Of a stretch of DNA of 24,000 nt, positions 14,942 through 23,948 are shown piece by piece. Location of the stretch: positions 6,997-30,996 of the forward strand of contig JAQVPA010000002.1 in NCBI GenBank assembly GCA_028702315.1, given 5' to 3'. The number at the start of each line of letters is the position of its first letter. The first letter of the stretch is position 1. This DNA comes from Candidatus Margulisiibacteriota bacterium. GTDB taxonomy: Bacteria > Margulisbacteria > WOR-1 > O2-12-FULL-45-9 > XYB2-FULL-48-7. The translations under genes and the position numbers were made by a program. The notes beneath the pieces were generated by a model that had not been told where the DNA came from, did not search any database, and saw only the letters and a program-made list of their open reading frames with translations.

Positions 14942-15661
14942 ATGTCAATTACACCTACGTCAAACGGGTTTGGCCGCTGGTTGGGAGGGGGTGGCCCTCG
15001 ACCAAATTCGATCCGGCAAAAACCAGCCTTGGTAACGATCGGCAAAGGGAGTGGGGTCGGCGCGATCTGTATAACCGATCAGGCCAGAATATTTTTACCG
15101 CCGGAGCAAAGCGAAGGGGACGTGACCTTAACGGCCCAGGAGACCAACGGATTTAAAGAGGTCAAAGTAGAGGATAAAAAACAATGGGTCAAGGTTTTTA
15201 GGTTTTCCCCTTTTAGTAATTCCTTTATCCAGGCCGAAGAACTAAAAAAAACCACTGCTTTGCTTGAGCGGTTCCAATTGTTATCAGGAGAAATTGCCCA
15301 ATCATTAAAAGAGGCTTGGTCGGCGTTGAACGCCTCCAGAATTCCGGAAGATAGAGCGCTTGACCTAACCGAACAGATGTACGGGAAAGACCCGGCTGCT
15401 GATGAAACGCAAAAAGAAACGCTGGAGGAATGCTTAGCTGATCTTGAACTGCACAAAGAAACCCTGATAGGCCTTGAAAAAAAGATCGCTTCACTGGATC
15501 CGACTTTTATACTGGCGGAGTTAAGGTACTTTGACTGGCGTTTGATGATCAAATTATTCATGGTCTGGACAATTAGTTTGCCCAAACTACAGATTGAGAT
15601 CGAGGCATTGCTTGATGCGGCTGGCCAGAGGGGAATCGAGCCGGAAGAGTCGGGAAGGTGA
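14942..15661 (+). CDS. Orphan protein (239 aa), Gly-rich N-terminus and predicted helical/coiled-coil centre
   Basis: It is the only long ORF in this gap with plausible amino-acid composition. The overlapping minus ORF 15079..15816 is Ser-rich nonsense. No convincing SD and no recognisable family. Confidence 0.5.
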   Translation: MSITPTSNGFGRWLGGGGPRPNSIRQKPALVTIGKGSGVGAICITDQARIFLPPEQSEGDVTLTAQETNGFKEVKVEDKKQWVKVFRFSPFSNSFIQAEELKKTTALLERFQLLSGEIAQSLKEAWSALNASRIPEDRALDLTEQMYGKDPAADETQKETLEECLADLELHKETLIGLEKKIASLDPTFILAELRYFDWRLMIKLFMVWTISLPKLQIEIEALLDAAGQRGIEPEESGR

Positions 15662-15677
15662 TCCGGGGTTTTTGCTT

Positions 15678-16847
15678 CTAAGAATACCGGATATTCTCTT
15701 TCTTCATCCGCTCGATTGCCAGGGCGATTCGCTCTTTGGGGAGGGTAATTGCCATCCTGATATAGCCTTCGCCCGCTGTCCCGTAGCCGCTCCCGGGAAC
15801 GACGAGGATGCCGCATTTATCGAGCAGTTTTTCGGTGAATGAAGCAGAGGTTTCTTTCTTGGGGACCGGAACCCACATATAGAAAGTCGCTTTGGGCTTC
15901 TCCAATTTCCAATCCAAGGAGTTCAAGCCATCGATCAGCACATTCCTCCGCTCGGCAAATATCTTATTGTTTTGTTCAACGCAATCCTGGGGGCCGGAGA
16001 GCGCTTCGATCGCCGCCAGCTGGATCGCCTTAAAAGCGCCGCTGTCGACGTTCGACTTGATCGTAGCCAGCGCCTGGACCGCCTCTTTGTTACCGACCGC
16101 CATCCCGATCCGCCAGCCGGTCATGTTGTAGGTTTTGGAGAGCGAGTGAAATTCGATGCAGACATCCTTGGCGCCTTCGATCTCTAATACACTGGTCGGT
16201 TTATATCCGTCATAACCCATTTCCGAATAGGCGAGGTCGGAAACGAGAAGCAGATCGTGTTTTTTTGCGAACTCGACGTACTTCGTGAGTGCTGCTTTAT
16301 CGGCAACCGCGCCGGTCGGATTATTAGGGTAGTTAATGAAGAGGATCTTGGCTTTTTTCAGAATATCAGCTGGAATACTTTCCAGATCGGGCAGGAATTT
16401 GTTCGATTCGACTAAAGGCAGAAAGTAAGGGACGCCACCGGCTAAGGTAGTGCAAATTTTGTAGACCGGATATGAGGGATCGGGCACCAGAGTGATATCG
16501 CCGGGGTCGACAAAGGCGAACGGGAGATGAGCCAGCCCTTCTTTTGACCCGATCAGGCAGCAGACCTCATCACGCGGATTCAACTCCACGCCAAAACGTT
16601 TTTGGTACCATTTGGAGACAGCCTTGCGGAAAACGAACTCACCTTTTGAAGTCGGATAATTAGCCGAGACCTGGTCGTCCAACACCTCTCTCATTTTTTT
16701 GATAATATGAGGCGGAGTAGGCAGGTCGGGATCGCCGATGCCAAAATCGATGACATCGATGCCTTTCTTGATCAGCTCGTCTTTCTTCTCTTCGATCTTG
16801 ACGAAGAGATAAGGTGGAATTAAATCGAGACGTTTTGACTTTTTCAT
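15678..16847 (-). CDS. dapL: LL-diaminopimelate aminotransferase (class I/II PLP aminotransferase)
   Basis: YLF..I......L...G.DVIDFGIGDPDLPTP, NYPNNPTG and SLSKTYNMTGWRIG (PLP lysine) match the short DapL type. It is translationally coupled (ATGA overlap) to the upstream dapF. Confidence 0.8.
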   Translation of the reverse strand: MKKSKRLDLIPPYLFVKIEEKKDELIKKGIDVIDFGIGDPDLPTPPHIIKKMREVLDDQVSANYPTSKGEFVFRKAVSKWYQKRFGVELNPRDEVCCLIGSKEGLAHLPFAFVDPGDITLVPDPSYPVYKICTTLAGGVPYFLPLVESNKFLPDLESIPADILKKAKILFINYPNNPTGAVADKAALTKYVEFAKKHDLLLVSDLAYSEMGYDGYKPTSVLEIEGAKDVCIEFHSLSKTYNMTGWRIGMAVGNKEAVQALATIKSNVDSGAFKAIQLAAIEALSGPQDCVEQNNKIFAERRNVLIDGLNSLDWKLEKPKATFYMWVPVPKKETSASFTEKLLDKCGILVVPGSGYGTAGEGYIRMAITLPKERIALAIERMKKENIRYS

Positions 16848-17644
16848 TGATTATAATCTCCTTCAAAGACCTTTTCCGCCGGGCCGCGCATCAGAATATG
16901 GTTATCTTCTGCCCATTCAATATCGAGGTTCCCGCCTGGCAGATGGACGATCGCCCGCCGGCCGGTTTTGCCGGCTAAATTTGCCGCAACCAGCGAAGCA
17001 CAAGCTCCGGTGCCGCACGCGAGGGTTTCGCCAGCGCCTCTTTCCCACACGACAACTTCCAGCTCTTTATCGTTCAAGACCTGAACGAATTCAACGTTGG
17101 TTCGATTCGGGAAATGGGGGTCATTTTCGATCAACGGGCCGACAACCGGGATATCTACACTATTTACGTCGTCAACAAAAATTACCGCGTGCGGATTCCC
17201 CATCGAGACCTCATTAATAGCATATTCATTATTTTGAATTTTGATTTTTGACTTTTGAATTTGCTGCGGCACACCCATATCAACTTCGACCGCCATTACT
17301 TTGTCTTCTTTGAGGAGTACCGCAGGTAATAATGTCCCCGCTAAAGTTTCAACCGAGATCACTTCCTCTTTAAGCTTATCTGCCTCATAAACGTATTTGG
17401 CAAAACAGCGGATCCCGTTGCCGCACATTTCGGCTTCTGACCCATCAGGATTGATGACCTGCATCCGGTAGTGGGCCTTCTTTGATGGCCAGACGATCAG
17501 CAGGCCGTCGGCGCCAACCCCAAAATGACGGTCGCAGATCTCGATGGCCAGCTTTTTAAGATCGATCCCGTCAAGTTTGTCTTTTCTGGAATCGACCAGG
17601 ACAAAGTCGTTGCCGAGGCCGTGCATTTTAATAAAATGAAGCAT
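16844..17644 (-). CDS. dapF: Diaminopimelate epimerase
   Basis: FIKMHGLGNDFVLVD, MCGNGIRC and ACGTGACA are the two catalytic-Cys motifs. Confidence 0.95.
   Translation of the reverse strand: MLHFIKMHGLGNDFVLVDSRKDKLDGIDLKKLAIEICDRHFGVGADGLLIVWPSKKAHYRMQVINPDGSEAEMCGNGIRCFAKYVYEADKLKEEVISVETLAGTLLPAVLLKEDKVMAVEVDMGVPQQIQKSKIKIQNNEYAINEVSMGNPHAVIFVDDVNSVDIPVVGPLIENDPHFPNRTNVEFVQVLNDKELEVVVWERGAGETLACGTGACASLVAANLAGKTGRRAIVHLPGGNLDIEWAEDNHILMRGPAEKVFEGDYNQ
17232..17266 (+). repeat. TTTTGAN heptamer array B4 (inside the dapF CDS)
   Basis: ttttgaa ttttgat ttttgac ttttgaa tttgctg. It encodes ...QQIQKSKIKIQNN... The unit order is the same as in B2b. Confidence 0.9.
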
Positions 17645-17981
17645 TGGTTACTCCTGATTCCCAGACCGTTACCTTGAAAACACTTTTAAACCTTTTCTTC
17701 AACGTTCTAAAAAGTTCTGCCGCCAGGTTTTCCGACGTTGGATTGATTTTCGTAAAGGGCTTGATGTCGTTCAGCAGTTTATGGTCATAGTTGTCGAGTA
17801 CCGCGGCGAGTTCCTTTTTGATGAATCTAAAATCCTCGAGCAAACCAAGTTTATTCAGCTTATTGCCTTTAAGGAAAACCTGGACCTTAAAAGTATGGCC
17901 GTGCAGATTTTCACAGGAGCCCTCATAACAACGCAGGGCGTGGGCGGCATCAAAAGTGTCTTCCACCATCAGTTCAAACAT
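17628..17981 (-). CDS. queD: 6-carboxy-5,6,7,8-tetrahydropterin synthase (PTPS family)
   Basis: FDAAHAL....G.CENLHGHTF.V and a length of 117 aa are typical of QueD. Confidence 0.9.
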   Translation of the reverse strand: MFELMVEDTFDAAHALRCYEGSCENLHGHTFKVQVFLKGNKLNKLGLLEDFRFIKKELAAVLDNYDHKLLNDIKPFTKINPTSENLAAELFRTLKKRFKSVFKVTVWESGVTNASFY

Positions 17982-17983
17982 GC

Positions 17984-18784
17984 TTATATTATAACATGTT
18001 TGGCGGGGGTAATTGGCTTGCCCAGGAGGCGTGAACCGATGTCCTGGAACTGAACGACCGAGCCGGTAAGCAAGTATTCATATTTTGGCACGTGGGTTTT
18101 TGCGCTGATCGTGCCAGCTTTGTGCAGCAGTTTTTTGGCGTCTGAAACTGCTTCCTGTGCCGGGTCGACAAAGGCGACGCTGGGACCGGTCCGCTCGCGC
18201 AAGGCGTTGGTCAGGTGAGGGTAGTGGGTACAGCCAAGAATGAGCGTGTCGATCTTATCATTTAAGAGCGGCTTGAGATATTCCTTGACCACTCTTTTGG
18301 TCTCGTCTGCCTCGATAAAGCCTCCTTCGATCAGCGGCACGAAGAGCGGGCAGGCATGGGCAAAAACTTCCGCCTCTTTTTTCAGTGAGTGAATAGTTTT
18401 TTGATAAGCATGTGAATTAACCGTCCCGACCGTAGCGATGAGGCCGATCCGCCCCGAAGGTGAAGCCGCCACCGCCGCCCTTGAGCCGGGCTCGATCAAG
18501 CTGACGATCTGGACCGGGTATTTATCTTTAACTATGGGGTAAGCGATCGCTGATGATGTGCCACAGGCCATAATGATCAGTTTGACTCCCCGCTCCAGCA
18601 GAAAGGGGATTATCTCTTCATTGAACTTAACGATCTCCTCGGGCGGGCGGCCGCCATAGGGAACGCGTGCTGTATCCGCCAGGTAGACAATATCTTCGTT
18701 CGGCAACTGGCGCATGATCTCTTTCAAGACGGTCAGCCCGCCAACGCCGGAATCAAAGATGCCGATCGGCGACGACGGGGTCAC
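17984..18784 (-). CDS. murI: Glutamate racemase
   Basis: IGIFDSGVGGLTVLKEI, MACGTSS and LGCTHYP are the catalytic motifs. GTG start. Confidence 0.95.
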   Translation of the reverse strand: MTPSSPIGIFDSGVGGLTVLKEIMRQLPNEDIVYLADTARVPYGGRPPEEIVKFNEEIIPFLLERGVKLIIMACGTSSAIAYPIVKDKYPVQIVSLIEPGSRAAVAASPSGRIGLIATVGTVNSHAYQKTIHSLKKEAEVFAHACPLFVPLIEGGFIEADETKRVVKEYLKPLLNDKIDTLILGCTHYPHLTNALRERTGPSVAFVDPAQEAVSDAKKLLHKAGTISAKTHVPKYEYLLTGSVVQFQDIGSRLLGKPITPAKHVII

Positions 18785-18842
18785 TTTCTTCTCTTCGGCC
18801 TTGCCGGCTGGTTTGCCCGCGACCGCTTCGGTGGCGACTTTT

Positions 18843-19865
18843 CTAACGAAGCTTACTTCGGAAATAGTTTTTCACCCCTTTAACGATGCTTTCGGCCACT
18901 TCCTCACGGAAAGAGGCGGAATTGGCGAGATTGTTCTCGTCGGAATTAGACAAATAGGCCGGCTCCAGCAGGACCGAAGGCATGTCCGTATACTTGACCG
19001 TGTAAAACCTGACCCGATGGAGTCCGCGGTCTCTCCTTCTTAGCCCGCGCACGATCGCTTCATGCATCGACTCGGCAAAAGCCCGGCTGACCGGGTTGTA
19101 ATAATAGGTCTCTGTCCCCGAAATGCCGGAATTGTTGGTTGAATTATAATGGATGGAGATAAAAATTCCAGCTTTTTCTTTGTTGGCGAACTCGACCACA
19201 TCCTTAAGGTTAGAGCGGCGGTCTTCGTCCCGGGTCAGGTAAACGGTCGCGCCGGCTTCGCGGAGGAGGCGGGCGGTGGCTTGTGCCGTTTTTAAGGTTA
19301 AATTCTTTTCCGGCACTCCGCTGGCCGAGAATGCGCCCGGGTCGTCGCCGCCATGCCCCGGGTCAAGGATGATCGTCTTCCCCTTGAGTGAAATGTCAGA
19401 CGGCGCGGCCAGCGCCTCGAATTTGACTGGCTTGAGGGGAGCGCCTTTTTTCTTGACATTTTTGTTCTCCCAATCGAATTGGTAAGCCAGGATATTGTCC
19501 AGCCGATCGCTGATCTCAATAACCGTCTTGTTCCGCCCAAAAACATTAACGATATCATAATCAATCGCTTTATTAAGGGTGATGATAAGCCGGGCGTTGG
19601 TGGGGTCTTTGCGCGAGATCTCCACGTTGGCGATCCGCTTGGATTTTTTCTTCATGATCTTCACCGCTTTGCTAAAAGCGGTATCAGGAAAGTCGATGTA
19701 AAGTTTATTTTCAAGCAGCAAGCCCTTGGCGGAACTAAAGCCGGTCGTGTAAATATCAAGATATTCAAAGCCTCGGTCGCGGAACTGGTCGATCTGGTTG
19801 ATCTCGACCGGCGTGGCGCCGGCGGCGGTGGCCAAAAGCAACAAGCCGAGGAGGATGTTACGCAT
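18843..19865 (-). CDS. N-acetylmuramoyl-L-alanine amidase with signal peptide and AMIN-like N-terminal domain
   Basis: Signal peptide MRNILLGLLLLATAAGA. IILDPGHGGDDPGA and ISIHYNS are Amidase_3 motifs. Confidence 0.9.
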   Translation of the reverse strand: MRNILLGLLLLATAAGATPVEINQIDQFRDRGFEYLDIYTTGFSSAKGLLLENKLYIDFPDTAFSKAVKIMKKKSKRIANVEISRKDPTNARLIITLNKAIDYDIVNVFGRNKTVIEISDRLDNILAYQFDWENKNVKKKGAPLKPVKFEALAAPSDISLKGKTIILDPGHGGDDPGAFSASGVPEKNLTLKTAQATARLLREAGATVYLTRDEDRRSNLKDVVEFANKEKAGIFISIHYNSTNNSGISGTETYYYNPVSRAFAESMHEAIVRGLRRRDRGLHRVRFYTVKYTDMPSVLLEPAYLSNSDENNLANSASFREEVAESIVKGVKNYFRSKLR

Positions 19866-21189
19866 ATGAACGAATCAGCTTGAGCAGCGTTTCTCTTTCG
19901 TTCAAATTCGGTTCATCGAGCACCTTTTCCAGCAGGTCATTCAGGACCTGGCCAACTTTGGGGCCGGGCGGGATACCAAGCGTTCGCATGATATCCTGGC
20001 CGTTAACTTTAAGATTCTTGACATGGAGCGCGTTCTCGTCGGCAATGATCCGATCGATCCGTGCCTGCAATTCCACCAGGTAATCGGTTCCGATATTTTG
20101 ACGCATGGCTTGGACGTCGGCCTGGCGAAGGAGAAAAAGGTTGGGAACATTTCCCACCCCGCCGATCCGGCGGATAAAACGCCGGACCGCGGCGTCGCTC
20201 CATTTGGCAGAATAATCGAACATGTGGCTGGCGACCAGATTGACGACCCGGCCGGTCTCGTCATTGCTGAATTTTAGCCGCCGCATCAGCCGCTCGGTGA
20301 TCTCGGCCCCGACCTTGTCGTGGTTGTAAAAAGTAAAGCCCTCTTTGCAGGCCGGTTTTCCCAAGTCATGGAAGAGGGCGGCCAGCCGGACGGTTAAATT
20401 ATCTTGGGGAGCGGCATCACACGAATACAAGCTATGCCAGTAAACGTCATGAGGATGGAACTCCGGCGGCTGCTCAACGCCAACACAAGCGTTAAGTTCC
20501 GGCAGGACGATCTCCAGCAGGCCGGAGCGCCGCATGTATTCCAGGCCGATCGACGGCTTCGCTGCGGCCAGCATTTTGATCAGTTCATCATGAAAACGTT
20601 CGACCGAAACTTTTTTGACCGTAGCGAGCGAGCCAGGGATCGCGGCCAGTGTGGCGTTGTCGATCTCAAATCCCAACTGGGCGGCAAAGCGGCAGGCGCG
20701 GACCGGCCGGAGGCCGTCTTCCGAAAAACGGGCCGTTGCCGCGCCGACCGTCCTGATCAGCTTCTTCTTCAGGTCGGTTTGTCCGGCGTGGTCATCGATC
20801 AGCTGATCCGTGGCCGGGTCGTAGGCGATCGCGTTGACCGTAAAGTCCCGCCGCGCCAGGTCTGCATGGATGTCAGTTGTGAAATGGACATTGGCTGGGT
20901 GGCGGCCATCTACATATTTTTCGTCCGACCGGAAAGTCGTGACTTCATATTGGCCGTCGGTTAGGAGGATGGTGACGGTGCCGTATTCGATCCCGGTGGG
21001 AATCGCTTTTTTAAACAGCCGGCTCACTTCTTCCGGCCGGGCGCTGGTTGTAATATCCCATTCGATCGGTGTCTTGCCAAGTAGGGAATCGCGGACGCAG
21101 CCACCGACCAAATAAGCCTGAAAACCAGCTAGTTTAAGCGTTTTTATTATTGTTTCTGCCCCGGTTTTAATGTTGACAGTTATTTTCAT
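19858..21189 (-). CDS. cca: CCA-adding tRNA nucleotidyltransferase with HD domain
   Basis: YLVGGCVRDSLLGK...DWDITT is the polymerase-beta head. RRDFTVNA is present. LFHDLGKP is the HD domain. Confidence 0.9.
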   Translation of the reverse strand: MKITVNIKTGAETIIKTLKLAGFQAYLVGGCVRDSLLGKTPIEWDITTSARPEEVSRLFKKAIPTGIEYGTVTILLTDGQYEVTTFRSDEKYVDGRHPANVHFTTDIHADLARRDFTVNAIAYDPATDQLIDDHAGQTDLKKKLIRTVGAATARFSEDGLRPVRACRFAAQLGFEIDNATLAAIPGSLATVKKVSVERFHDELIKMLAAAKPSIGLEYMRRSGLLEIVLPELNACVGVEQPPEFHPHDVYWHSLYSCDAAPQDNLTVRLAALFHDLGKPACKEGFTFYNHDKVGAEITERLMRRLKFSNDETGRVVNLVASHMFDYSAKWSDAAVRRFIRRIGGVGNVPNLFLLRQADVQAMRQNIGTDYLVELQARIDRIIADENALHVKNLKVNGQDIMRTLGIPPGPKVGQVLNDLLEKVLDEPNLNERETLLKLIRSYA

Positions 21190-21235
21190 GTTTTTAGTTC
21201 ACTAGTTAATTAAAGTTTACCCCAAGCAAAAAGTG

Positions 21236-21264
21236 TTGTAAAGCTAAGGAGGGTGTAATATAAT
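21236..21264 (+). promoter_or_regulatory. Sigma70-like promoter TTGTAA-17 nt-TATAAT ending 7 nt before ATG 21272; leaderless candidate
   Basis: ttgtaa agctaaggagggtgtaa tataat aagcgcc ATG. The AAGGAGG inside the spacer is 18 nt from the ATG, too far to act as its SD. Confidence 0.5.
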
Positions 21265-21271
21265 AAGCGCC

Positions 21272-22837
21272 ATGAAGTTGACGAACTTCCAGAAGGGTTT
21301 GGTTCTTTTCCTGGCTGCTTTTATCCTTTTGGGCGGGACTCTTTTTGTTAATCGGATATTGCAAGCTGATGTTTTTTCTAAGGAAGAAGCGCAGCATGCC
21401 CTTTACAGCCTCTGGCTTTACAAGGATATCCGCGGTTTTGACCTGGCGAATTTCTGGAACGACACCCAAAGGCAGATGTTCTGGCCATTTTTTCATTCTT
21501 GGATACAATCAGCTTCCTTCCTTTTTCTTGGTGTCAGTTACACCTCCGCCCGGATACTTAGCCTAGCCATATTTTTCCTGACCTTGCTGCTAATGTATAT
21601 TACCTCTGAGCGGCTCTGTCCCAAATCCGGCTGGAAGATTGGAGTGATCGCCTCCCTGCTGGCCTTATCTTCACCGATAATGCTCAAATACGCGACCGCT
21701 AATACCCTTGAGGGGTTAGGGGCGCTCATTTTCTTGCTCGCTTTCTATTATTATGCCAATTGCGAACAGTGCAAGCGGACGATCGATTATGTTCTGCTCG
21801 GAGTTATTATGGGCCTTTCTTTGTATACCAATTATCTTTACGCTTATTTGATGATCCCATCGTTTATTGTGATGACGCTGGGTAAGCTTTCGCCGATCAC
21901 TTATGAAGTTATCAAACTGGAACGCAAAGGGGAAAAAGCGGCCCTCCCGTTTTTCTGGTGGGCTTACCGGAAATTGATCGTCTTGGTCGTCCTGGCGGTA
22001 TTTGTCGCTTTTTGGTTCTTTTCCTCGGCTTTTTCGCGCAAGATCATGCTGCTGATGCAGGCGATCTTCAGGTATTCCGGCGGCGAGATGCTTCCTAATG
22101 TCTGGCAAGCGCTGATCTATTATCCGCGCGTTATCGTTGAGAGTTATACTTTTTCGCCCTGGCTTGGCTTGCTGGTGCTGATCTCATTGTTCCTCCCATT
22201 TGTCGCTTTCCAATACCGTGAGTTTGGCAAGCTTTACACTTTTATTTGGACGGTCATTATTTTGGCCACGCTGACGATCCCGACCAAAGCGGTCCAATTT
22301 ATTTACATTGTTGCTCCGTTCATGTTCATGGTTACGGCGGCGGCGGTCATTCATTTGGCTGAACGGTTGGAAAAAAGGTGGGTTGTGGGGATGGGTTTAG
22401 TGATTTGTCTGCCGGCTTTATTATCATTGCCTAAGTTGGCCAGTGCTTATTTTCCCGACCAGCCAAAAGAAAAGATGATCCAAGTCCTCGATTATTACCG
22501 GCAAAACATCCGTCCGCGCCATTCGCTGGCGGCTTCGTTTAACCTGCAGCATCTGGCGTCGGAAACGGTTGCTTTCCATTTTTGGGATTGGAATGCGCCG
22601 GTTATCGCCGATCCGATAATCGAGCCGGATGAAATGTTGCGCAGCGCTGATTATCTGTTAGGGTTGGAGATCAATAATGAAGAAACGGCCCAGCAAGAGG
22701 TGCTGGATGATTCGGCCTACCGCTGGCAGGCTTTTCTGCAGGAAAAAATGCGGCAGGGAGAGATCAAGGAAAGCTCTGGCCGCCAATTTCCGGAGCTGGG
22801 AGTAACGGCCAAGATCTATCAGAAGGTCAACAGGTAA
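21272..22837 (+). CDS. Polytopic membrane protein, probable GT-C fold (ArnT/PMT-like) glycosyltransferase
   Basis: 521 aa with many hydrophobic segments. There is an acidic loop (SKEEAQHALYS) after TM1 and a soluble C-terminal domain. The family call comes from architecture only. Confidence 0.55.
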   Translation: MKLTNFQKGLVLFLAAFILLGGTLFVNRILQADVFSKEEAQHALYSLWLYKDIRGFDLANFWNDTQRQMFWPFFHSWIQSASFLFLGVSYTSARILSLAIFFLTLLLMYITSERLCPKSGWKIGVIASLLALSSPIMLKYATANTLEGLGALIFLLAFYYYANCEQCKRTIDYVLLGVIMGLSLYTNYLYAYLMIPSFIVMTLGKLSPITYEVIKLERKGEKAALPFFWWAYRKLIVLVVLAVFVAFWFFSSAFSRKIMLLMQAIFRYSGGEMLPNVWQALIYYPRVIVESYTFSPWLGLLVLISLFLPFVAFQYREFGKLYTFIWTVIILATLTIPTKAVQFIYIVAPFMFMVTAAAVIHLAERLEKRWVVGMGLVICLPALLSLPKLASAYFPDQPKEKMIQVLDYYRQNIRPRHSLAASFNLQHLASETVAFHFWDWNAPVIADPIIEPDEMLRSADYLLGLEINNEETAQQEVLDDSAYRWQAFLQEKMRQGEIKESSGRQFPELGVTAKIYQKVNR

Positions 22838-22846
22838 GACTTCTTT

Positions 22847-23929
22847 ATGAGGAAGCTCGCGTTAGTGCTGACCTTGGTGGTCGCGGCAACTTTAGCTCTT
22901 TCTTTCGGTTTCAAGGAAACGATCGAGGAAATAATTCCCAGGCAAAAAAAGCGCTCAGAGCGAGGGATATATGTAACTGCTTATGTGGCGCAATTACCTA
23001 CACGATTTAACGCACTCAAGGCGCAGATTAAAAAAGCGGACCTGAACACACTAGTGATCGATGCCAAGGAGATAATTAGCAGGCCATACCTTGAGCTAGC
23101 CAAGCAGAAAAAATTAACCCCGGATACCAAGGCGACGCCGAGTCCCTGGCTGGCGAAACTGGCGCAAGAACTCCATCAGGAAGGTTTTATTTTAACTGCC
23201 AGGATAGTGGTCTTTAAGGATGATCATCTGGTCTTATCCCGTCCTGATCTTGGAGTCAAGATCAATGGTGGGTTGTACCGTGACCGCAAGGGGGGGAAAT
23301 GGGCGGACCCCTATTCGGACGAGGTTCGTTTATATAATGCTTTAATCGCCGAATCGGCGGCGCTCTCCGGTGTTGACGAGGTCCAGTTTGACTATATCCG
23401 TTTTCCGGCGGAAGGTTCGGCCCGCTACGCGACTTATCCGCATATGAAAGAAGGGGTCAGCCGGGTTGATATTGTCTGTCAGTTCTTAAAAGAAGTCCGG
23501 GAGAGGACCGAAAAATATAAAACCTCGCTGGCGGTCGATATTTTTGGCGTAACCGCCTGGCAGAGCCAGGTTGACATCGCCAGCTTGGGGCAGGACCTTA
23601 AACGGATGGCGCCATACCTTGATGTCTTGTCGCCGATGCTTTACCCGTCGCATTTCCACAACGGTTATGACGGATTTACCAACCCCGGCGCTTATCCTTA
23701 CTATTTTGTTAACACTGGGGTTAAGCAGGGCAAGGTGATCCTTTCGGGTGAAGCGACCGTGCTGGTCCCTTGGATCCAGGCTTTCAATATGAAATCGCCG
23801 AACTACGGGCCGAATTATATCAGGGAGCAAGTCAAGGCCTGCCGTGATGAAGGGTTGAACGGGTTCCTGCTCTGGAACGCCCGGAATGATTATGATATTC
23901 CTGTCCGGGCGCTGTCATCAAGTGATTGA
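22847..23929 (+). CDS. Secreted putative glycoside hydrolase, DUF4015 (PF13200-like) family
   Basis: Signal/anchor N-terminus. RGIYVT, LVIDAKE, ARIVVFKDDHL, W.DPYSDEVRLYN and VDEVQFDYIRFP match my memory of the DUF4015 pattern. Confidence 0.72.
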   Translation: MRKLALVLTLVVAATLALSFGFKETIEEIIPRQKKRSERGIYVTAYVAQLPTRFNALKAQIKKADLNTLVIDAKEIISRPYLELAKQKKLTPDTKATPSPWLAKLAQELHQEGFILTARIVVFKDDHLVLSRPDLGVKINGGLYRDRKGGKWADPYSDEVRLYNALIAESAALSGVDEVQFDYIRFPAEGSARYATYPHMKEGVSRVDIVCQFLKEVRERTEKYKTSLAVDIFGVTAWQSQVDIASLGQDLKRMAPYLDVLSPMLYPSHFHNGYDGFTNPGAYPYYFVNTGVKQGKVILSGEATVLVPWIQAFNMKSPNYGPNYIREQVKACRDEGLNGFLLWNARNDYDIPVRALSSSD

Positions 23930-23948
23930 ATTCTTTTTTGCTATCCGT

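Noticed and set aside
15079-15816. 245-aa minus-strand ORF overlapping the 239-aa + ORF and the dapL 3' end
   Set aside because: The Ser/Arg-rich translation looks non-protein-like, and it overlaps the well-supported dapL C-terminus in another frame. The + ORF is the better of two weak options.
17232-17266. Coding-region heptamer arrays as RPE-like in-frame insertions that lengthen the host proteins, or as phase-variation switches in dapF, radical SAM and GH genes
   Set aside because: Comparison with remembered homolog sequences (E. coli DapF, Cellvibrio gilvus cellobiose phosphorylase, typical TIGR03960 proteins) shows little or no extra length at these sites. Units in these arrays are imperfect, and dapF is a core peptidoglycan/lysine gene, so slippage switching is unlikely. 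I kept only the perfect (AACAACA)3 array as a weak candidate.
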